From Spirochaetota bacterium (GTDB lineage: Bacteria > Spirochaetota > UBA4802 > UBA5550), in the NCBI GenBank assembly GCA_963664815.2, contig CAXXHB010000003.1, forward strand, positions 3,264,001 to 3,328,000: a DNA stretch of 64,000 nucleotides, given 5' to 3'. The position numbers were made by a program, and so were the translations under genes. Positions 56,148-64,000 of the stretch are shown here, piece after piece (the first letter of the stretch is position 1; each line of letters opens with the position of its first letter). The notes below the pieces were generated by a model. That model was not told the origin of the DNA. It made no database searches and saw only the letters and a list, made by a program, of their open reading frames with translations.

Positions 56148-56318
56148 CTGTACCTCCCGATATCCGGTTGCTGATTAAAACCGGAAAATCTGAATTATGT
56201 AATTAGTAAATTTTACATTGAGATACTAGAGGGTATTCCCGCGGATGTGAATCATCCTATCGGTTATATTCGTGTGGTCGATAAAGCTATTAATGATTTA
56301 TAAATATAAAAAAGCCTG

Positions 56319-56978
56319 CTAACTTAGGTCGCCGTTCTGAAACCAGAGTATGGCTTTGGCTGTAAGTTCCGATGAGGATTCAACACCAATTTTTTCTTTT
56401 ATACGTTCCCTGTATGTTCCGATTGTGTTTACATTAAGATTCAGTTTCTCTGCAATCATTTTCCTCTTGTAACCTTTCCCTATCAGGTTCAGTATTTCAA
56501 ATTCCCTGTCTGTAAGAATATCGGGTATCAGGTCAGATTCTTTCTGATTCTTCGTGAAATATTTCTGCACTACAAGTTTATTGATCGAGTCACTTATATA
56601 AATTTTTCCATTCATGACCTGTCGTATAGCTTTTATTACATTATCAGTCATTTCATGTTTCATTATGTAACCACCTGCTCCGGCTTTCATCGCTTTTTCC
56701 GCATAAACTAATTCATCATGCATAGACAGTACCAGCACCGGTATTTTCATGTTCCTGTCGTTAAGATATTTCAGCAATTCCAGCCCGCTGACATCCCTCA
56801 ATGTAATATCAGCTATTATCATATCGGGAGATCTGGATGTTACAAGTCTGGTGGCATGATAATAACTGTCAGCTTCACCGCAGACTGTCATATCATCCTC
56901 TCCATTTATCAGCTGAACAAGTCCTTTCCTGAAAACCGGGTGATCATCCAGAAGAAGTATCTTTTTTTTATCCATCAT
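56319..56978 (-). CDS. NarL/LuxR-family response regulator
   Basis: LDDHPVFRKG, ADITL, LSMH, LTDREFEIL HTH. Confidence 0.93.
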   Translation of the reverse strand: MMDKKKILLLDDHPVFRKGLVQLINGEDDMTVCGEADSYYHATRLVTSRSPDMIIADITLRDVSGLELLKYLNDRNMKIPVLVLSMHDELVYAEKAMKAGAGGYIMKHEMTDNVIKAIRQVMNGKIYISDSINKLVVQKYFTKNQKESDLIPDILTDREFEILNLIGKGYKRKMIAEKLNLNVNTIGTYRERIKEKIGVESSSELTAKAILWFQNGDLS

Positions 56979-58179
56979 GATTTTCTTCACCTGAGCAGTC
57001 GACATGCACTCTCGGTATCCTCAGCGAGATGACTGTCCCGTTTTTTTTATTACTCATAACATCAAGCACGCCTCCTATTATTCTTGCCCTGTACTGCATA
57101 ATACGGAGTCCGCTTCCGCTTCCTTTAAGATAATCCGCCGAAAATCCGCATCCATTGTCATATATATTCATGTAGACATTATTCATATCTGATTTCAGGT
57201 CGATTTTAATCGATGTTGCCTTACCATGCTTGACCGAGTTTGTAACAGACTCCTGCGCTATGTGATACATATGCATTGCTATGGTGGTATCATGAATATA
57301 AAATGGTTCCTCAAAAAATACTGCACATTTGATACGGAAAATCTTCCGCGTTGTTAAGGAGAGATCCCTGAGAGCTGAAACAAGTCCTTTTTTCTCAATT
57401 ATTACCGGGTACAATCCTTTTGACAGACGCCTTGTTTTTTCCGTAGCCTGCCTGATAAGCAGGTTTATTTTATTCGCCAGCAGTGACTCATCTTTTAATT
57501 TACCCTTCAGACATTTTGCAAGATGTTTGCTCATTGCCTCAATGCCAATTAAATGCTGACCCAGGTCATCATGGAGATCCTGCCCTATTCTGATTCTTTC
57601 ACGCTCGCTTATCTTTAAGATTTCACTCTCCATACGCATTTTCTCTGTTATATCATCAATAACTGCCAGCATACATCGTTCGCCCTGTAGTTCAATAATT
57701 TCGGCGCTCACAAGGCATTTTCTTATACCGGACACCTTCGTGTAATAGTTAACCGGATAGTTGCGAAGGTAACCATACATTGAAAGCATCATCGTCATAC
57801 GCGCCCTCTCCTCAGGATCAGGGAAAAGGTTGATTTCATATGAATAACGTCCCAGAAGTTCTTTTGAATCATAGCCTATCTGCCTGCAGTAACTTTCATT
57901 GACTTCGATGTATCTTCCGGTGGTAAGAGTTGTTATTGAAATAGGGTTTGGACTTGCGTGGAAGGCTTTGGAAAATTTTTCTTCAGATATTCTCAGCGCT
58001 GATTCTGTAGTTTCCAGATTATTATGTGCAGAAAAAAAACCTGGATTTGATACAGTATTATCATCAATAGAACTTTGCGTTACTTTAGTGTTACTCGTAA
58101 AGAACTGTCTTAAAAAATTTCTCTGTATGATAGTTCCGGTCAAATTAAAGAATGCAAAAACATCAGGGAAGGATTTCAC
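56968..58179 (-). CDS. Cytoplasmic PAS sensor histidine kinase (HisKA_3 type)
   Basis: PAS (FHASPNPI...EVN); ERIRIGQDLHDDLGQHL; QESVTNSVKH; DNGCGF; GSGL. Confidence 0.93.
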   Translation of the reverse strand: MKSFPDVFAFFNLTGTIIQRNFLRQFFTSNTKVTQSSIDDNTVSNPGFFSAHNNLETTESALRISEEKFSKAFHASPNPISITTLTTGRYIEVNESYCRQIGYDSKELLGRYSYEINLFPDPEERARMTMMLSMYGYLRNYPVNYYTKVSGIRKCLVSAEIIELQGERCMLAVIDDITEKMRMESEILKISERERIRIGQDLHDDLGQHLIGIEAMSKHLAKCLKGKLKDESLLANKINLLIRQATEKTRRLSKGLYPVIIEKKGLVSALRDLSLTTRKIFRIKCAVFFEEPFYIHDTTIAMHMYHIAQESVTNSVKHGKATSIKIDLKSDMNNVYMNIYDNGCGFSADYLKGSGSGLRIMQYRARIIGGVLDVMSNKKNGTVISLRIPRVHVDCSGEENHDG

Positions 58180-58411
58180 TGAAACCTCCTGTTTATGCTG
58201 AAGAATTCTTATTATCAGTCTGATTATTTCTTAGAATATTTACCAGTCATTTTAAAAGTCAAGTATTTTAAAGGTTGCCGTTTATTCACTTTGAACTGCC
58301 TGGATCGGATTACCTGCATGATGTTGCATTTTCACTGCTCTGCTCGTCAGAGATAGTGAAGGAGCAGTTGCAGTGAAAACTATATCAGCACTGAAAAGAT
58401 AATTTAATACT

Positions 58412-59509
58412 TTATTTAAGCCCCTTCGCAGCTTCAATTCTCCTCTTGATTGAAGGATGGCTGTACAGAAAAAATTCCACAACAGGATGAGGCTCCTTAT
58501 CCGCCAGATTAATCTCCGCGAGTTTTTCCATTGTACTTACAAAAGAATTAAGATCACCGGTGGTCCTGAGAGCATACTCATCGGCCTGAAATTCATATTT
58601 TCTGGAGATAAAATTTGTAAGGGGCATGAGGATCAGACCGGAGAGCGTAAGATAGAATACAAGCGCCGGAAGAGCGGCAAGGTCATACACATTCACAAAT
58701 CCCATACTCCTTATTGTAATGGAATGAAGTATGCTGCATATATAGAAAGAAGCGAATATTACAACAGTGCTGAACATTATATTTTTTACAATGTGACGGT
58801 GTTTGTAATGACCCGCCTCATGGGCAAATACAGTTGCAATTTCATCTGAAGTAAACTTCTCAAGAAGAGTATCGCTCAAAATTATTCTCTTGCTTTTACC
58901 CAGTCCGGTAAAACCGGCATTGGCCTTCTTGGTATCCTTGCTCATATTAAAACTGTATATCCCGGTAATATTGATCTTCACATCAGAGAGTATTTTTTCA
59001 ACCTTCTCTTTTATTTCCCCATCCTCAAGCTTTGTGAATTTATAAAAAAGCGGAAAGATTACCACAGGGGCTATCCTGGCAAAAAAAACAGAAATCAGAA
59101 AAATAAAACCTGCAAAATAAAGCCACCATTTATCCCCCATGCTGCGGATAAGAAAGTAGAACACAAGTGATACCGGTACTCCGATAACAATACTAAGCAT
59201 GGAAGACTTGGTCTTTTCCCATAACCATTTAAGGAAAGTCTGGTTTGAAAGTCCGAATTTATGTTCTACTACAAAGCTCCCGTAAAATTCAAAAGGGAGG
59301 CCGATTACGGAAAATCCCAACCCGATTATCAGCATAAAAACAAGAAAATTGATATAAATATTCCCGGCAACAGCCGAGATACCTGCGATAAATACAGCTA
59401 TACCGGAAAATGCAAGTAATGTAATCAGTAAAAGATCGAGCACCAGATCTATAATTGATAATCTCAGTTTGATTCTGTTATAAAGCTTTTCATTAGAAAC
59501 CTGTTCCAT
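58412..59509 (-). CDS. M48 (Ste24-like) membrane zinc metallopeptidase
   Basis: NAGFTG.GKSKRIILSDTL, HEAGH, SRKYEFQAD, YSHP. Confidence 0.93.
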   Translation of the reverse strand: MEQVSNEKLYNRIKLRLSIIDLVLDLLLITLLAFSGIAVFIAGISAVAGNIYINFLVFMLIIGLGFSVIGLPFEFYGSFVVEHKFGLSNQTFLKWLWEKTKSSMLSIVIGVPVSLVFYFLIRSMGDKWWLYFAGFIFLISVFFARIAPVVIFPLFYKFTKLEDGEIKEKVEKILSDVKINITGIYSFNMSKDTKKANAGFTGLGKSKRIILSDTLLEKFTSDEIATVFAHEAGHYKHRHIVKNIMFSTVVIFASFYICSILHSITIRSMGFVNVYDLAALPALVFYLTLSGLILMPLTNFISRKYEFQADEYALRTTGDLNSFVSTMEKLAEINLADKEPHPVVEFFLYSHPSIKRRIEAAKGLK

Positions 59510-59869
59510 TATATTATCCTTTAAGTTATATTTTGCTATAGACTTTGCCCCCCTATCCTCCCCGACAGACCAGACTAACTGTCTGGAGGAAAATCCAGGC
59601 TGTTTGACAGATCCGGAGGTGCAGGGGTAAAACTGTATTCCGGCTTATATTAAACTCATATATCAGAGCATTATTAAAATATACAGATTCAGCAAATCTA
59701 TATCCCTCCCATTTTAGCTGCAACAAACTTTTTTATTCCTTAACAGCTTTGTTCCTGCAGTTTATCTGCCGTTCTGAGCTGTTTATGACAAATGATTATC
59801 CGGAATATCACTATGGAAGCATCTGCATCTCCGGCAAAAAAATCAGGATAAGACTTAATATATCAGAAC

Positions 59870-60562
59870 TCACACCCTGCTCTCTTTCAGTTTTATACTC
59901 CATAAAAAATTATAAAGAACCTCAAGAGACTTGAATCCTCCGGAGAGTATTGCAGATATTTCACCGTTGAAAATTTCATCCCCGATATTACAGGTCCGCA
60001 TAAGGTAAAGGTTTTTCTTCTGATACCACTCCTGAAGGCTTTCCGGCAGTGAATTTTCAATCTTTCTTTTATACACATCCCCCTCAACAGAAAAGATACC
60101 CTTCTTTCGAATAGCGGTTGAAATCTTCTGAAACTCATCCACTCTTCTGATAATCTCGCCCCGGAACAGGTCCATTGTACTTTTAGTCGCACTATAAAAT
60201 CCCATCCCATATCTGTATGAATCGGGCATAAGCTCAAAGAAAAACGCCGGCGCCTCCATCCACTCCCTCTGAGGTCTTTTGTACGAAATCCAGACATTGC
60301 TTCTGTAAGGTGACTTGTCGCGGGAAAATCTTACGTCGCGGTTAACACGGGAAATAATTTTTTCCGGGCGGATTTCAAAACCGGGATCAATTACGCTCAT
60401 AGTACCGGCAAGGGTATGACCAAGATCAATAAAAGGTGACTGGATTGCAGACTTATATCTCTCCCTGTTAGCCTCAAACCATGTTTTATTATTATTTAAA
60501 AGAAGATCATTCATAAAAGCGAATGTTTCATCAGTGAAACCGTTAAAACCGTTTTTCTTCAT
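59870..60562 (-). CDS. DUF2461-family protein
   Basis: NNNKTWFEANR.RY and RVNRDVRFSRDKSPY. Confidence 0.88.
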   Translation of the reverse strand: MKKNGFNGFTDETFAFMNDLLLNNNKTWFEANRERYKSAIQSPFIDLGHTLAGTMSVIDPGFEIRPEKIISRVNRDVRFSRDKSPYRSNVWISYKRPQREWMEAPAFFFELMPDSYRYGMGFYSATKSTMDLFRGEIIRRVDEFQKISTAIRKKGIFSVEGDVYKRKIENSLPESLQEWYQKKNLYLMRTCNIGDEIFNGEISAILSGGFKSLEVLYNFLWSIKLKESRV

Positions 60563-60832
60563 ATAGATTCTCCATTAATTTTAAACAGAATACATTTTAT
60601 CTGTAATATTACAGGCCATAAAGTTAATACAGATATTCGGCACTATTTAACTTATTGTACTGAAACATTTCAATATAAATTAGAGCAATACATTGCTAAA
60701 ATTAAACTTTTCTGTAAATTTATTTTGAATATCATGCATTTATTATTATATTTTATATAAATATTAAAAATAGATAATCACTTTTTCTTATCCTTATACC
60801 CTTGCTAACTGGATAAAATTAATGGATAGGAA

Positions 60833-63379
60833 ATGAAACACCTGCGGAAAGACATCATGGATAAAAATAAACTATTACTGCTTGTAGAGGATGAAGCTAT
60901 AATAGCCCTGACTCAGAAAAAGCTGCTTGAGAGATACGGCTACAGGGTCATTACGGCGAGTTCCGGGGATAAGGCCATTGAGATTGCAAGACAGAATGAT
61001 GATATAGACCTGATCCTTATGGATATTGATCTGGGAGCAGGAATTGACGGCCCCGAAACAGCAATTATTATTCTGAAGTACCGCGACATACCGGTTATAT
61101 TTCTCTCAAGTCATACAGAACCCGAGATCGTTGAAAAAACCGAAAGAATAACATCATATGGCTATGTTGTTAAAAGCTCAACCATTACTGTTCTTGATGC
61201 CTCAATAAAAATGGCTTTTAAGCTGTTTGATGCAAACAGAAAAATTGTAATGAATGAAGTAATACAGAAAACCATGATATCGAATATCTCCGATATAACA
61301 GGTATTATTGATGCAAACGGTATTATGAAGTATATAAGCCCCAATATAACGAAATGGTTCGGATGGCTTCCGGAAGAACTTACCGGTGCCGATGGACTGT
61401 TAACTGTTCATCCGGAAGATGCTGATCATACCCGCAAAGAGTTCGTCAGCGTTCTTGAAAATGACATGTCATCCAGAACGCTTGAGTACAGGTACAGATG
61501 TAAAAACGGTGATTATAAATATATTGAACTGACCGCCAGCAATCTTGTCAATGACCCGCTGATAAACGGGATATTAATGAACTACCGGGATATCACTAAC
61601 CGTAAAAAAACAGAGATTGAATTAAAACAGAAAGAAGAACAGTTAAGGACAGTCAGCGATAATATCCCTGAAGGATTTGTGTACCAGGTAGACTCAGGGA
61701 TAAACGGTGAACAACGCCGGATTACATATTTAAGCGCCGGGATTGAAAAGCTGTTTGGCGTCAGGGCAGAGGATGTAATTAACGATTCGACGTTACTATA
61801 CGGGAAGTTCATGGAAAATGACAGGCCTATGATTGCCGATTGTGAATCGGCTGCCATTAAAAATATGTCAATGTTCAGCATTGAAACAAGGTACCTTGGT
61901 TCTTCAGGCGAGATACGTCACCTTCTTATAAATTCCACCCCCAGCCTGCGGCCTGACAACCACCTTGTATGGAATGGTATTGTAATAGACGTTACCGGTC
62001 TTAAACAGACAGAGGCTCTGCTAAAAGAGAGCGAAGAGCGTTACAGGGAACTGTTCAATAATACAAAAAGCGGGGTAGCAATTTATACTGCAAAAGACAA
62101 CGGAAATGATTTTATATTTAAGGATATAAATAAAACCGGTGAAAAACTTGATAATGATAAAAGACAGAATCTGGTCGGAAGAAGCGTCCTTGATGTTCGC
62201 ACCGGCATTAAAGAATTCGGGCTCTTCGATGTCTTCAGGAGGGTATGGAAAACCGGTAAACCGGAACATTTTCCTGTAAACCTGTATAATGACAACAGGC
62301 TTACAGGATGGTATGAAAACTATGTATACAGGCTCCCTTCCGGAGAAATAGTTGCAATCTACGACAATTTAACAGAACAGAAACGTATTGAGGATGCCCT
62401 CCGGGAAAGCGAGGAACTATTCACTGCGTTTATGACTAACCTGCCGGCATGTGCTTTTATAAAAGATGAAAAAGGGAGAAATATATTCGTAAACGAATAT
62501 CTCCGTGATATGATGGGCTTCCACAACTGGGTGAGTAAAACGAATGAAGAACTGCCGGATAAAGAAACTGCAGAACGGATATCCGGTGATGACTGTGATG
62601 CTGTGAAGCATGGCCCTATAAAAATTGAGGAAACCATGATAGATCGTCACGGTGTTTCACATATATTTGAAACAATAAAATTCCCCATATATATTGAAAA
62701 CAAACCATCCATGCTGGGCGGTATCGCCATGGATATCACCGGATATAAAAATGCTGAAGAAAAAATCAGTGACCTTCTCAAAGAAAAAGAGCTTATTCTT
62801 AAAGAGGTTCACCACCGTATTAAGAATTTTATGAATACAATAAAAGGTCTTCTTTTTCTGCAGATTGAATCGTTTAAAGACCCGTCTGTCATAACCGCAC
62901 TGCAGGATATTGAAAGCCGTGTTTTCAGCATGATGATTTTATACGATAAACTATACCGCTCTGAAAATTTCAGCAATATGTCTCTCTGTGAATATTTACC
63001 GGTGCTTGTTGATGAAATTACGGCGACATTTCCGATAAAAACATCAGTAAAAATCGAAAAAACTATTGATGACTTTAAACTGGATATAAAAATATTGCAG
63101 CCCATCGGTATTATAATAAACGAGTTGTTAACCAATGCCATGAAACATGCATTTAACGGCAGGGAAAGCGGATTGATTGCAATAACTGCCAAACACAGAG
63201 TTAATCATTGCACCATTGAGGTAATGGACAATGGATGTGGTCTAGATGAATCAATAAGTTTCGAAAACTCTCCAGGATTCGGTATGCAGCTTGTAATGAT
63301 GCTTTCAAGACAGATTGGAGCTGCAATAAGAATTGAACGGGGAGAAGGGACAAAATTTATAATTGAATTCGATGAATAA
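60833..63379 (+). CDS. Receiver, multi-PAS, HisKA_2 hybrid sensor kinase
   Basis: LVEDE and LMDIDL receiver; about four PAS/PAC repeats; LKEVHHRIKN; NELLTNAMKHAF; DNGCG; GFGM. Confidence 0.93.
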   Translation: MKHLRKDIMDKNKLLLLVEDEAIIALTQKKLLERYGYRVITASSGDKAIEIARQNDDIDLILMDIDLGAGIDGPETAIIILKYRDIPVIFLSSHTEPEIVEKTERITSYGYVVKSSTITVLDASIKMAFKLFDANRKIVMNEVIQKTMISNISDITGIIDANGIMKYISPNITKWFGWLPEELTGADGLLTVHPEDADHTRKEFVSVLENDMSSRTLEYRYRCKNGDYKYIELTASNLVNDPLINGILMNYRDITNRKKTEIELKQKEEQLRTVSDNIPEGFVYQVDSGINGEQRRITYLSAGIEKLFGVRAEDVINDSTLLYGKFMENDRPMIADCESAAIKNMSMFSIETRYLGSSGEIRHLLINSTPSLRPDNHLVWNGIVIDVTGLKQTEALLKESEERYRELFNNTKSGVAIYTAKDNGNDFIFKDINKTGEKLDNDKRQNLVGRSVLDVRTGIKEFGLFDVFRRVWKTGKPEHFPVNLYNDNRLTGWYENYVYRLPSGEIVAIYDNLTEQKRIEDALRESEELFTAFMTNLPACAFIKDEKGRNIFVNEYLRDMMGFHNWVSKTNEELPDKETAERISGDDCDAVKHGPIKIEETMIDRHGVSHIFETIKFPIYIENKPSMLGGIAMDITGYKNAEEKISDLLKEKELILKEVHHRIKNFMNTIKGLLFLQIESFKDPSVITALQDIESRVFSMMILYDKLYRSENFSNMSLCEYLPVLVDEITATFPIKTSVKIEKTIDDFKLDIKILQPIGIIINELLTNAMKHAFNGRESGLIAITAKHRVNHCTIEVMDNGCGLDESISFENSPGFGMQLVMMLSRQIGAAIRIERGEGTKFIIEFDE

Positions 63380-63596
63380 AAATTGTTCCGGGTATATATT
63401 TAATAATAAATATAAAAACTGGTTGAACTAATATAGAGTATTATGTATAATCAGTTAAATAGATTTATTATTTAACTTTATTTACTTAAAAAATGTTCTT
63501 GAAAAAAAGCATTTATTGCATATGTTCTATAGGAATACATTGCTTCAATCTCCCGGTCGACTCAGATGACAGAAAGGTATAATAAAGAATGCGCAT

Positions 63597-64000
63597 ATGA
63601 AAAAGAAAAATATTGAAACAATTCATGAAAAAAACCGGATCATAAATAATATTTTTGATTCTATTGAATCCTGCAATAATTTTCTGATCCTGGGGCACAA
63701 GAATCCCGATGAAGACTGCATTTCCAGCATGGTCGCCTTCGCCCTTATACTTTCAAAATTCAACAAACCTGCACAGCTTTATCTGGGGGGATCTGTTCAT
63801 GAACATTTTCAGTATCTCCTGAATATATGTAAATATAACTCCATAGAAATTTTCTATTCAGATGACTTTGATACTGATACTATCGATGCAATTGTTGTAT
63901 GTGATACACCAAAGCCTGACATGATAGACGCAAGCCCGGCAATCAGGTCATTGTTTTCCCGGGAAAACATCCATATCATTGAAATCGATCACCATATAGG
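63597..64000 (+). CDS. DHH-family phosphoesterase (partial, runs off window end)
   Basis: Translated by hand: MKKKNIETIHEK...LILGHKNPDEDCISS...VVCDTP...IEIDHH. Confidence 0.88.
   Translation, partial: MKKKNIETIHEKNRIINNIFDSIESCNNFLILGHKNPDEDCISSMVAFALILSKFNKPAQLYLGGSVHEHFQYLLNICKYNSIEIFYSDDFDTDTIDAIVVCDTPKPDMIDASPAIRSLFSRENIHIIEIDHHI

Noticed and set aside
58328-58379. Imperfect hairpin TTTTCACTGC...GCAGTGAAAA and a 66-aa ORF after the M48 gene
   Set aside because: Best explained as a 3' terminator or stability hairpin; the ORF has no supporting signal

Overview
AT-rich bacterial chromosomal segment, most consistent with a Leptospira-like spirochaete (16S 5' end AGAACTAACGCTGGCGGCGCGTCTTAAACATGC and the overall gene content; inference). 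It is mostly housekeeping: the start of the F0F1 ATP synthase operon (atpZ-like, atpB, atpE, partial atpF), recA-map-folE2-PPIase, an rrn operon (16S, tRNA-Ile, tRNA-Ala, 23S, then a terminator with no 5S gene), hom-thrC, lepB, an FtsI-like PBP and a Maf-family gene, and a lytic transglycosylase-tatA-murA-flagellar rod cluster. Accessory content includes two unusual chemoreceptors, several two-component proteins, a secreted DUF4424/glycan-binding protein paired with an NlpC/P60-like protein, and an amidase/AraC plus MaoC-pair/acyl-CoA ligase/two-component cluster. I found no CRISPR array, prophage or transposase. The best novelty candidates are (i) an unannotated protein whose C-terminal part resembles the eukaryotic Janus/PHPT1 phosphohistidine phosphatase by eye, divergent from a receiver-HATPase protein with no H-box histidine, (ii) an 8-Cys module inserted inside a chemoreceptor HAMP domain, and (iii) a ~90-nt G-U-rich hairpin built of 11-bp repeats upstream of the rrn promoters. 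All family assignments come from recognising motifs by eye; no database search was run.
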